Below, in pieces: positions 38,899 through 51,205 of a DNA stretch of 64,000 nt. The position numbers were made by a program, and so were the translations under genes. Within the stretch, counting starts at the first letter, position 1. Every line of letters begins with the position of its first letter. The notes beneath the pieces are model-generated. The model made no database searches, was not told the DNA's origin, and worked only from the letters and a program-made list of their open reading frames with translations. Source of the stretch: Podarcis bocagei (taxonomy: Eukaryota); NCBI GenBank assembly GCA_964188305.1, contig OZ076887.1; one strand, given 5' to 3'.

Positions 38899-39671
38899 GG
38901 GACACGAGTGGCGCTGTGGGTTAAACCACAAAGCCTAGGGCTTGCCAATCAGAAGGTTGGTGGTTTGAATCCCCGCGACGGGGTGAGCTCCCATTGCTCG
39001 GTCCCAGCTCTTGCCAACCTAGCAGTTCGAAAGCACATCAAAGTGCAAGTAGATAAATATATTTTTTTTATATAAAATTTTTATTGGTTTTTCACAAGTT
39101 TTATAATCACAAACAATACACAAAACAAACACACACACACACACACAAACATGTATAATTTCATATCCCTTTTTCTTAAACCTTACTTCGCCGACTTCCC
39201 CATACCTCCCCTTTCTACATCCCAATTTCCAAAATTATTTCAGCAAATCCTAACACTTGGTTTTATCCAATTTTCCCTTATTCTTTTCTTTTACTTAATC
39301 TTTTACAGCTGTAATCTCCTTCCCCCCCCTAAAACCACGACATTTTAGCATTCATTAATTTTGCAATATTTCTTAAGATAAATTTTAAATTTCTTCCAAT
39401 CTTCTTCCGCCGTCTCTTTCCCCTGATCACGGATTCTGCCAGTCATTTCAGCCAGTCCCATATAGTCTCAAGTAGATAAATAGGTACCGCTCTGGTGGGA
39501 AGGTAAAAGGTGTTTATGTGTGCTGCTCTGGTTCACCAGAAGCGGCTTAGTCATGCTGGCCACATGACCCGGAAGCTGTACACAGGCTCCCTCAGCCAAT
39601 AAAGAGAGATGAGCGCTGCAACCCCAGAGTCGGTCACGACTGGACCTAATGGCCAGGGGTCCCTTTACCTT
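38899..39671 (+). mobile_element. Full-length Sauria SINE interrupted by an L1 fragment
   Basis: GGGACACGAGTGGCGCTGTGGGTTAAACC head, (ACCTTT)n tail, 12-bp TSD TACCTCCAGGAA at 38887-38898 and 39672-39683. Confidence 0.93.
39060..39468 (-). mobile_element. L1-clade LINE 3' end
   Basis: 14-bp TSD CAAGTAGATAAATA. The minus strand encodes DYMGLAEMTGRIRDQGKETAEEDWKKFKIYLKKYCKINEC*, followed by a 3'UTR, AATAAA and an A-rich tail. Confidence 0.8.
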
Positions 39672-42283
39672 TACCTCCAGGAAAACCTGGACATGTTCTC
39701 TTTTGGGGGGGCCAACATGCCCACCTGGGAGGATTTTTACATTTTAAAGGCAATGTCTGGGTTTGGGTTTTTTTGGTGGGGTTGGTTTATTTTTTGGGGG
39801 GAACACATGCATACTTAGGAGGGTGCTGTGCCTGGGAAGCAGAAGTGCCGCGGCGGAGTGAGGCCATTGCATGGAAGATCAGGTTGGAGCTGGGGTCCTG
39901 CCTTCGCTCGCACGCCGCAGTGGCCTCACACATGCCCTCGCCTGTATGCCTCTTTTCCTGGCTTGGGCTACCAGTAGCTCAGGCTGTCCTCTTTTTTGCT
40001 TTTCTAGATATGGCAACCCTATGATACTTTCCTAGGTGTAAGCCCTGCTGAATGCACTTGAACTTACTGCTTAATAAACATGCATAGGATTGCACTGGAT
40101 TTTATTTTGTTTTATTTTATTTTATTTACAAGATTGATCCAATACCTTTCCAGAAGACCAAGAATTATATAAAACACAACCACATTAAATCAAGATCAAT
40201 GTCAAATTAACTGAAATTTAGATGCAGTATTAGTTAATACTATTATGTTAAACATTTGATAGGTGCAACAAACACTTCTGTCTAATTTTTTAAAGGTTCT
40301 TAAGTTTGTGTCATGAAAATGGAAACATTTATTAGTAAGTTTGAGCACATTCTAGTAAAGTGGTGATGGCTTGCAGCTTAACCAGTGAAGTATTGGTAGG
40401 GAATGGCAGTATGTAATAGCTTAATTATTCTTGTTGTCTGAAAGTCTTAATCAAATGTATAGGCATACATCGTAAATACTGTGGGTTCGGTTCCAAAATT
40501 TTGTAGATGGTTGAGCACTGATTATATTGGGACCAGATTAACACATTCAAATACATTGCCTTTTTGCAGACTCAGGTAGTTGATAAAATCTCCACAATTC
40601 AAAGAATAAAACTTACTATGAGTGCCAAATGGATGTGATAGCATCTGTATACACCCTCTAACAAAATTATTCTAAAAGATTCGCCTGTGGGCTCTCTGCA
40701 TATTTTCATACACTGATATAAGCATGACTAGAAGGATCAAAACAGGGAAGAGTGGCTAAGCTTTCGTAACTGTTAATATTTGGCAGGCTGAGAAATGTAT
40801 CAGAAAATGTAATGGACTTGAGGCTGCCTACCCATTTAATCAAGGCAATTGTGCTAAGTCCAACCCAAACTGGTATCCTTTACAATTAAAAATATTGGGA
40901 TAAATGTATAACTCTAGAAATGCAAATCACTCCCAGTTAATGGAAGCTGTAATTTAATATGCTCTTCTTTAGTTTAATCTTGTTTGTTTAGTTGTATAGC
41001 CACAAATGAATATTTCAAAGATGCTATTTCAGATATGATAAGAGACCCATATAAACTGGCAGTTGTCTGACGCCCTTCTTAGTTTTCCTTATCAGGGTGT
41101 GAATTTTGCCCCAGTTGATTCTGAAGCCAGAGAATTCCCCAAATAATGGAAACTTCTAATTTGTTTTAATCCAGCATACCATTAATCAAGCATCATCTGC
41201 GTCCAGTATCACCATGTGTTCATGTCCCCAAATGGTGGTCTCAGTGACCTGCTTTGCATGTAACACTAAGCCAAACCATTATTTCCTTACTGTCAGCTTA
41301 TGCAAGCTAAAGGTTCTGTTACCAGATCAAACACCGGGTGTAAGATAAGTCAGGCCTGCCCTGGTACCCTCTTTCCAAAAGAAAACCTGTGAGGGTTCCA
41401 TTTACACAACCACTAGATGTCATATTTTTCATCGTCTTCACACCAACCAATTTGGAAAGCTAAAATTCACTGAGGCACTATATAGAAAATTTCCGTGAAT
41501 TGGATCAAATGCTTTCTCTCATCTGGTTACTATGCCAAAAGCAGGCCCTGGATCAGAGCCCTTTCTACCTGAAATGAACTCAACTTGATCTGAATGAATA
41601 ATCAAAGGAATAATTATTCACAAACTTGCTGCCAAAACTGTTGGCAGGATCTAACTATCAAGATTAATGAATAAAATTGGTTTGTAGCATGAAAACCAAA
41701 GATGATCTTTCACCAGTTTGAACAACAACAAAAAAAATATGTTCATACACAGGACGGGCTATTGAGTGCTGTTATTAGACACAGTGCACCTATCTGTAGA
41801 GTGGAAAAGGTAGCTTTTGAATCTCTTCTTTATTATGTAAGGAACTAGCGTGCAAGTTCAATCTTTGTATATTGATAGAAAGGCTATATTATGATCCTGG
41901 CACTCTCCAGAGTCTTTTGTGCCTGTGTGTCTTTTTTTTTTTTTGAATAATTATAAGCAATATTGAGGAACATGTACTGAAATAAATTAAAGGATGGGAT
42001 AAATTACCATGAATATTAGCATCACAAATACACTAGGAGGAATAGAGATTTTAAGAGTTTTGAATGTCAAAACTAGGCCATGAGGCCAAGAAACGTGGGA
42101 ATTAGATAATACTAAAAATTTAAAGAACCACCAGAAATAGCAAGGGGTGACAACTGGCTTTGCTTAGATCACCGGGCTGGAGGAAGGGGGATGCATATCA
42201 CTATTCCCCCCTCATACACATGAGTTTTGGCTGCCATTTCTTGGCATGGGTAGAGTTATGTGTTAAATGGTGTGTTGTAAATA

Positions 42284-43076
42284 CAGTGGTTGGTTTTCAA
42301 ACTTAATCTGTTCTGGAAGTCCATTCCAAAACCAAAGCATTCCCAAACCCAAGGTGTGCTTTCCCATAGAAAGTAATGCAAAATGTATTAATCCTTTACA
42401 TATTTTTAAAAACAAACCCTAAAACAGCAATTTAACATGAATTTTACTATCTAATGAGACTATTAATCCATAAAATGAAAGCAATAATCAATGTACTATA
42501 CTATAAAATAAATAAGACAGTATTGTAGATGATAAAAAACGGGAGCTCACCCTGTCGTGGTGATTCGAACCACCAACCTTCTGATCGGCAAGTCGTAGGC
42601 TCTGTGGTTTAACCCACAGCGCCACCCACGTCCCTAATAATCAATGTACTCTACTATAAATAAATAAGACAGTATTTTAGATGATAAAAATAATTATTTT
42701 TTCTTACCTGCATGGATGATAGTCATTGTTTGGATGGGGGGCTTTTATCCATTTCCATAGTCACACAATTAATCAGTAGCTGAACTGGGTTCCACACAGT
42801 CACAAAAACAAATTAACCAAAAAAGCCTCAAAAACAAAAATGCGAAATAAATAGCAAAAACAAAAGCGCCAAACTTAATCCATTCTGGAAGTCCGTTTGA
42901 CTTCTGAAATGTTCGAAAACCAAGGCACAGCTTCTGATTGGTGCTGGTGCCCCAGAAACAATAGCCAACAGCTGCATTGAATGTTCGGCTTCCGAAAAAT
43001 GTTTGAAAACCGGAACACTTACTTCCGGGTTTTCGGCATTTGAAAACCAAGGCATTTGAGAACCAAGGTACCACTG
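42284..43076. mobile_element. Tc1/mariner (Tigger-like) non-autonomous element
   Basis: TA-CAGTGGT...TTGGTTTTCAAA and TTTGAGAACCAAGGTACCACTG-TA ends. Confidence 0.85.
42538..42634 (-). mobile_element. Sauria SINE 5' head only
   Basis: Reverse complement of the first ~95 nt of the 38899 SINE. Confidence 0.88.
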
Positions 43077-45245
43077 TACATTTATCATGTATCTATTTGC
43101 CTGTATATCACATACGAAATATTCACCTGATGAATCTGTTCCTGAGAGCAAGTGCCACATTGCTGCCATAAAGTAGCTGCCAAAATATGTTTGTTTTTTA
43201 GGAAAATGGTTGTGGGTATAAGCCCTCATATATTTCACCCTGGGGCCCACTCTCCACTAAAAACTATTGCAGGGCAATTCCCCATTCTTTTAAATAAATC
43301 TCACACTGGGTGGATTGAAACAGAAACAGCAAAAAGCACTATTTAAAAACTACCAGTGCTAAATGATAAAAGCTTCAGTTAGGCATACTTCGGAAATCTA
43401 ATTTAGAACATCCATGTGAAAGAGACCAAAGAACACATTAGATATATTATTTAATGTGTTCTAATTGTTGGGGAAAACTTTTTTTAAAAAAATGTCATTT
43501 TAACGAGTCTTTCACAGCCTGAAAACAAGCAACATAGCAGGTTTATTTTTTTGAAGCAAGTTTAGGTGTAGAATAGATGTGCTAAAGATTGTAGAACCAT
43601 GGATATGCTGAACTTGGATTGGGGAGACCTTGGTTCAAATCCCCAGTCAACTTTATAAAGGTCAATTAGCAGTCTTGAGCCTGTCACCATCTCAAAGCAT
43701 GACCTACATTAGTAGAGTTCATAAAATGGATAACCCCCTGACCACAGAGGTTTTAAGAGTAATTCTGTATGATATTCAGCATCTCAAAATTTTGCCATGC
43801 AAACTCAGCGCGTTTCCATATTTCCTGTAGTTTCCAGTACCACTGCAAGTATTCCATTGTAACCCAACTTTATAAACAGAGAAAGGTAAATGGATCTGCT
43901 AAAATATAACAAGATTAATTGCAGGTGTCCAGAAGACTGCCTTCAAATTTGTGTTTCTTAAGAGGAGAGCTGCCTCTCACTATTTAAAATGGTTGCAAAT
44001 AAATGTATGAGTGAGACTGACAGACAGGTCTTTCTGCTTTTCTATTGTTGATGCCTTACTTACTGTTACTTAGATAGAAGGAAGCAGAAGTCAAGGGAAG
44101 AGATTTAATCACATAATAATCAGGGCTAGAATTTTAAATGGGACGCATCATTAGCATGTTAATGAGTTTTCTCTCTTGATGCCAGCTGCCATGTATAAAA
44201 GGTTGCAGAAGTAATGCAGAGATGTGGCTTTGCAAAAATGTTTATCCTTTGATCAGTATATGCCTTGTGGGACAGAATCTGTGATTTTTAGAAAAACGTT
44301 TTACTTCCTTTTGAATAAACATGGTATCAGCTCATGATTTAAATATTCAGGACACAACCAGCCCATGCAGCTAAGGACACATATCCCATTGGGACAAACA
44401 AGTTGGCATTTCTTCTGCACAAGCTCCATTAAGAAGAATTGGAGCTCATTAGGTGAATCCTACCGAAAAAGTGTAAAGAAGCATCTGTATCTGATGGAGT
44501 TGATTTCTGCTGTTATTTCCTTTGCCCACTTCTGTCTGGGTTGGCAATGAATCTCCTCCTAGCATTTTTCAGTTCACCAGTTTGAGGACCCACTGTGGGC
44601 TTGAGTGCTGATGTTGTCAAATGTATGAGTGGTACATATTGTCAAAAGGTGTATTTCTACCCCATACTGGGAAACTTTTCTTTCTTTTCAGTACACACAG
44701 TGTTTTAAAATTATTTAAGATGATTTAACAGAGCAATCTATTATTACATATTCATTTTTAAAATTGGTGTAGCACGCTGCAGAGTGGCTCTATTGTATAC
44801 ATGCAGATTTTCAATGGCTTAGAAACTCTGTGTGTCCTTGTGTGTGTTTCTGAATCTACACATGGTCAACAGTATCCCATCATTGCCTAGATTTTATTTT
44901 ATGCTTGATATGGGTTACCTCATGCTAAAGTGGAAAGATTATAATTCTGATTCCATCTGCCTAAATAAATCATTAAGACTAAATTGCACAGGACACATAG
45001 CAGATGGGTTCCCATCTGAAGGCAGCAGCCTTTAGTAACATTCTTTTGACCACTTCTAATATGAGAGGGGCTGTCAACATTCCCTTGCATCTCCCCTGCA
45101 GGGGACGGATGCAGAAGAAACCATCTGAAAAGTTGTTTTGATTGCTCAAGGAGGGGTGCTTTGTAGCTTTCATCTGAAGTTGTCCCAGATGAAACAGATT
45201 TTGTGAAGGCAAAGCAGCAGATAGAACTGCAGATTCACTAGGAGT

Positions 45246-45314
45246 TCATAGAATCATAGAGTTGGAATAGACCACAAGGGCCATCGAGTCCAACCCCCTG
45301 CCAAGCAGGAAACA
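45246..45314 (-). mobile_element. Extremely truncated 3' end of the same young CR1 family
   Basis: TCATAGAATCATAGAGTTGGAATAGACCACAAGGGCCATCGAGTCCAACCCCCTGCCAAGCAGGAAACA matches 22378-22445 except at one base. Confidence 0.9.
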
Positions 45315-45789
45315 ACCAGGATTAGAAATCTAGCTGAACCAGGATTAGAAATCTAGCTGAATAGATTTCTTATTTTAGTCCTGTATCATTATGGAAATTT
45401 TACTATGAACCAGAAGACGCACATATATGAGTACATTTGTGTGATGATTAGTATTAGTATAAAAACTCCTGCAATCGAGTTTTTTTTTAACACTGCAGAG
45501 GGTTTCAGAGCTCAATGATAGAGCATTTTCTTGCCTTCAGAAGGTTCCAAATTCCAGGGAGTGCTGGGAGTGACACTTGCTTGTGGCATTGGAGAGCCAC
45601 TGCCATTCAGTGTAGACAGTACTGAGCTAGATGAATGAATGGTCTGTCTCATTATAAGACAGCTTCCTGTGTTCATACAACTGAAACCAATGGCCTACTC
45701 TTATCCTGACATTAATTCTTGGTATATTTTACCATAATGACATTTGCCATAGACTCCTGTTGTCATGTTCAAAATGTCATGTTAATTTG

Positions 45790-46640
45790 TATTTTTTACT
45801 AAATATACAATCACATGTCCTCCATGAATTGGTTTAATCCTCTTTTAAAGCCATCCAAATTGGCAGCCATCACCATTACATCTTGTGAGAGTAAATTCTA
45901 TTGTTTAACTGTGTGCTATGTGAAGCCACTGAGTCTCTTGGGCTTGCTGATCAGAAGGTCAGCGGTTCGAATCCCCACGACGGAGTGAGCTCCTGCTGCT
46001 CTGTCCCAGCTTCTGCCAACCTACCAGTTCGAAAGCACATCAAAGTGCAAGTAGATAGATAAGTACCGCTGCGGCAGGAAGGTAAACAGTGTTTCTGTGT
46101 GCTCAGCCTCTGGCTTCTGTCTCAATGTTCTGTGCACCAGAAGCGGTTTAGTCATGCTGGCCACGTGACCTGGAAAGCTGTCTGTGAACAAACACCGGTT
46201 CCCTCGGCCTGAAAGTGAGATGAGCACCACAACCCCATAGTCGCCTTTGAATGGACTTAACCGTCTAGGGGTCCTTTACCTTTTACCTTTACCTTTTATG
46301 TGAAGTACTTTATTGCCCTGATGTTTATCACTTTACTGTTGCTTACATTTAATTGCATTTACCTCTTTGCTTCCCATTCACCCAGTTGAGAGAGGTCACT
46401 TTTTATTTAACCACAATGGGGGGAAATGGTATCACCTGCAAACTACGCTACCTCACTGCTCACACCTATTTTCAGATTATTAATGCACATGTTAAAAAGC
46501 ACAGGTCCCAGCACTGATCTTTGGGGAACTTTGCTTTCTATAGGCTACTTCCATTGGGAGAACTGTCCATTCCTGCTGTTGGCTTCCTGCTCCTTAACCA
46601 GGTACTTAACCATAGAAGGCTCTCTCTCCTCTTATTGCCT
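45790..46640 (-). mobile_element. Old CR1 remnant interrupted by a Sauria SINE
   Basis: Degenerate RT region (GGTATCACCTGCAAAC, about FADDT; GGTCCCAGCACTGATCTTTGGGG, about PQGSVLGP) plus a 3'-type segment. Confidence 0.65.
45926..46296 (+). mobile_element. Sauria SINE (slightly 5'-truncated, different subfamily)
   Basis: 9-bp TSD TATGTGAAG; (ACCTTT)n tail. Confidence 0.9.
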
Positions 46641-49600
46641 GACTTTACAACACTTCTAATGCCAAAAAAACTTGTCTAGAAACAGTGTTGGATGCCAGCT
46701 CCCATTTGTCGCAGTCAGTAATGGCCAGAGATGATGGGAGTTGTAGTCCCAAGAATAGCTGGAGGGCACATTCCTGTGCCATGTGATTCAGAATATTGCA
46801 TTTTGTAGAGCCATTTTTCCCATCCTGGCCCCACTACATATACATCTGAAGTATGACTAGGAATATATTAAGACCCTCCACCTCTCCTGCCAGCTTGACA
46901 TCACATGCTTCCTGCCTTCAACATCATGCAGCAGAGACACATTAAAGTAATCATTATCCCTTAATTTCTGTGGAGGATTATCCAGACATGTAGCAGACCT
47001 AATGTTAACTCTCTATTACCCTGCCCTGCCCTCCATTATCTGCTGTTAGATACTGTGAGGCCAAAACTCCTTTTCCTGAGAACAGGTTGATGTGCCTTCT
47101 TGTTCTAGGTGAAATCCCCATTTGTCCCTTCGTGCTTAAATGAGCTATATTTTAATTTGCTTGGACTATTGTAAAAAACCATCAAGGAAAATATAGGTTT
47201 TTTTAGCAGCATTCTTAATGGTGATCATTTGACTAACTTATTTATCCCCCCCTTTTTTGCACAAATTTCTTCCTTTTTTTTTTTACAGTGATATGGTAAA
47301 CTAGAAACTTAGACATAGGATGTGATGAAGTGATCACAACCACCAGAGGGGGAGGTTGGAAAAAGAAGAAGATAAAGCCAAATTCCAAAATTAACATTGC
47401 ATCCTTTACTATAGTTTTGTTCAAATTAGCTCGCAGCTTGCTTTTAATTCTAATGATAGTATGTTTCTGAATCAGTATTTTTTAATTCTTGCAAGAATAT
47501 AATTCACTATAATGAGAATAATAATGACCCCACACTAATACATAACTCTAGTCCCAGCTGTTGCATATATGATGCCTACTACTGACTGTGGATTTAAAAT
47601 CTCTGGAACAAATTACAAAACTAAATTATAGTTAATAGGAATATGTTTTTTTAAAATTGGTAGGTGGTGGCAAGATACAATCCCTTTAGTAATTTTAATA
47701 TGCTCACATTATAAATGCCATTGGCTCTCCCCAAGATATAAACCTAAGAAAAATTCACACCTGACCCAACGAGTTCTGTGTCAAGGTTAACAGAATTGTG
47801 CACATTTTAGCCTGACAGGGAAATTGCTTTTTTGCCTGAATGAAAATTTGATAGTTTTCTGGGATATGAAATTTCATCTTTACGCTGACTGGAAAGATTA
47901 TGAAACATCAGCTAGAGGCATGAAAGTCAAGGCCAAAAGAAACCCATGGGATACTTCCTTATGTTATAAGTATAATACAAGATGTCCATTTTATGAAAAA
48001 AATGGTATTGGGTTTCATTCCCACTGATGGCTTCCCAGCAAGGAGCTGGGCCTTGCTTCAAGTTTGTAGAATGCCTTTCACACATGTTTCTTAAACCACA
48101 GAGGTTTTAATAATATGAAAGCTGACTAGGTTTAAATCGTTCAGGTATTTATACGTAGGTCCAAAGTTCTGCATGGTGTTTCTCAATTATTCTCAACTGG
48201 CCTGGTTTGTGCAACACTTGAGACCACATGAATGTGGAGGCTCTAAGAGAGGAGCCTGCAGTCATTTTGATCCTCTCTAGTCCTTTTTACTACCATGCTG
48301 AGTTAAGTGAAGGTTTGGCTTAGTGCGTTGTCTAAACTGGGACTTGTGGCAAAGTTCTTTTCTCATGATTCAGCCAGGACTTGTTCTAACTCTGACGTAG
48401 TACAGTGCAGCAGCAAAATGACTGGGAAGGAGCAAAGTGGCCACAATCTCCTCTCCAGGATCCTGCATGTTTGCTCATTCACCTGGTTTGGCCTAGCACA
48501 GCATGTGAACCACACCTGATACCTGAAAGTCACACAGGGAAGAGATCCAGCTCAGTGGTAGACCAGCTATGCTCTGCATGCAAAATAACTTTGGTTCAAT
48601 CCCAGGGATTTCCCAATAGGGCTGGGCAAGTCTCTTGTCTAAAACACTGGATTGCTTCTGCCAGTCCTTGAAGAAATTGCTGAACTAGATGAACCAATTG
48701 CCTGAATCACACTTCCACTCCAAATGGGCTTGGAGACTCAGCTTGGGCAGCAGCAGCACCACATCTCAACTACTATAGCAGTAAACCTCCACCCTGTGAA
48801 ATGAGTCCCTTTCTGTTCAGATTTCTTTGTTGGTGTTATGATGGCTAGAAAAGCTGCCATGTGGAAGCACCCATGGATTTCCTCTTTGTTTCCCACTACT
48901 TCCACTTTTTTTTTTAACAAGGTTCCTGAAGTTTCAAAAAGGTTTGCTCTCCTATTCTTTCATGCACCTTCCATTTTGACTTGCAAACTTAATTTTCATT
49001 ACCGCCATGCTTTTCCCCACTTTCTTTGTACATAATTCAGCTCTTTTCACACATTAAGATGGAAGACACATTTTAGGTGAACATAACCTCTGCTGAAAAA
49101 GCATAGAAAGTTGTGTGTAGCCATGCAGAACATTCCTTCACATCTTTTCTGAGACAAGGTGCAGTGTTTCTACTTCTTGGTCCTGCCAACTTTCTCTTTT
49201 AAAGAGACTGTTGCTTTTGAATCTTCATTAATATTAACGTGATTTGAAATTTTGCATTGTTCTATCTACCTGCAGTGCTGGCAGATTTTTCTTTTTAATG
49301 GTTGTGGAGGGACTTAAGTGTACTTAACTTTATGCGAATAGCATTCTGGGCCTGCAGTTCTTCAGCCAGTGATGTATTCCTGATCCCTTTGAAGTCAATG
49401 GAATTAAATACATGTATCTAGGTGCTGGATGGCAGCCTAAGGCCATTTGCATGATTTTTATTAGCAACTTCTTTCTCTACTCTACTTACGATACCAGTCA
49501 TCAGTTTATGCTCTGAAGTAGAAAACTTCACTGTGGTTTTGAAAGTTGTTTTTAAGAATTCTCCTTAAAAACCCAGAGTTCCTGTTCCATTACAGTTCAG

Positions 49601-49663
49601 TTTATATACTTTGAAAATTAGATTTTATTTTAGGCACTTTGAGAATATTCTTTTTTTCTTTAA

Positions 49664-49908
49664 AGTGTGGTGTAGTGGTTAAGAGCGGTAGTCACGTAAT
49701 CTGGGAAACCGGGTTCGCGTCTCCGCTCCTCCACATGCAGCTGCTGGGTGACCTTGGGCCAGTCACACTTCTGTGAAGTCTCTCAGCCCCACTCACCTCA
49801 CAGAGTGTTTGTTGTGGGGGAGGAAGGGAAAGGAGAATGTTAGCCGCTTTGAGACTCCTGAAGGGGAGTGAAAGGCGGGATATCAAATCCAAACTCTTCT
49901 TCTTCTTA
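49664..49908 (+). mobile_element. Squam3-like tRNA SINE
   Basis: Same sequence as the 17591 copy, with a (TCT)n tail. Confidence 0.85.
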
Positions 49909-50359
49909 TAACCTTTTCTTGTTAAGCCTTTTCTTTCTAGGAACCTTTTGTTTGTCTTTTAGTAAAATTTTATCTTTGCTTCCTTAAAACCCTTGTGGTC
50001 TCTGTTTGAAGCCGAATCACATGCTACCTGAAAAGCTCTTGGGGAGATACAAGGCCTTTTTTTTTTTTTAGACTGAATGGTGTAAAGCAGCCTTGTAGGA
50101 AATATTTTTTTACACCTGGTGGCAGAAAGTTAGTTTCTTGGAAAGGTGGGTGAACAGGCGGGGACTGGATCTCCTTTCTCCATCACAGCCCAGGACTCAG
50201 GGTAGCTGTGGTACCCTCACACTGTCCAACATATAGGGCATCTGAAAACATGATACAGTTTAGATACAGTTGTGTTATATATATACTGTTGTCATTATTG
50301 TTACTGTTGTTATGAGCATCTTTCACTTAAACACTCCTGTGTAGTATTTTTTTTTAGTC

Positions 50360-50376
50360 TGTGTGTGTGTGTGTGA

Positions 50377-50422
<46 letters not shown>
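50360..50422. repeat. Compound (TG)n(AG)n microsatellite
   Basis: Direct read. Confidence 0.95.
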
Positions 50423-50427
<5 letters not shown>

Positions 50428-50502
50428 ATGATGTACTTCTTTTTATATGTTGATTTATTATTCTCTTGCATTACGTCTGCACCAAATTCAGAGGTTCATA
50501 TA

Positions 50503-50834
50503 CAGTGGTGCCTCGCAAGACGAAATTAATCCGTTCCGCGAGTCTCATTGTCTAGCGGTTTTTTCGTCTTGCGAAGGGTCAACCCTATTAGCGGATTAGC
50601 GCTATTAGCGGTTTAGCGGCTATTAAAGGCTTAGCGGCTTAGCGGCTAAAAGGCTATTAGCGGCTTAGAAAAAGGGGGGGAAGCGAAAAAAATCGCAAGA
50701 CTCGCAAGACTTTTTCATTTTGCGAAGCAAGCCCATAGGGAAATTCGTCTTGCGAAGCGCATCGAAAAACGGAAAACCCTTTCGTCTAGAGGGTTTTTTG
50801 TCTTGCGAGGCATTCGTCTTGCGGGGCACCACTG
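50503..50834. mobile_element. Young Tc1/mariner MITE
   Basis: TA TSDs; TIR CAGTGGTGCCTCGCAAGACGAA / TTCGTCTTGCGGGGCACCACTG; CpG-rich. Confidence 0.92.
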
Positions 50835-51115
50835 TACTGTATGTATTGGGTTTAAGCTAATGTGCAGCAGATCCCCAACATCTACATATCTAACTTTAAT
50901 CTTGCCCCACAGATGTAGATTATTATGTGTCGTGGAAATAAGCAGAGTCTGCACCAGTGACTCAAGCTGGTCTCATTTCAGGTTTCCCTGTGAGGCATAC
51001 GCTCTGCTGAATATTGACTTATTTTTGCGGCGCTTCTGCTTCATTCCAGGCAGGAATGTAAGAGATCTGTTGGAACTCTGTCCTGGGCAGAGTTTGTGTG
51101 CCGGAGTTGGTAGGC

Positions 51116-51205
51116 TAAGGTTACCAGATTTCCCCCCAATGAATCTGTGGACACTTTGTAAATCCGGGGATTGTCCCTGGGAAACGGGGACGTCTGGTAA
51201 CTTTA
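51116..51205. mobile_element. 90-bp minimal hAT-like MITE
   Basis: TIR TAAGGTTACCAGA / TCTGGTAACTTTA; imperfect 8-bp TSD TGGTAGGC / AGGCAGGC. Confidence 0.75.

Larger units (their letters stand above)
38876..40021. mobile_element. Degenerate hAT-like element hosting a Sauria SINE
   Basis: Ends TGGGGTTGCTGTA / TATGGCAACCCTA; no clear TSD. Confidence 0.55.
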
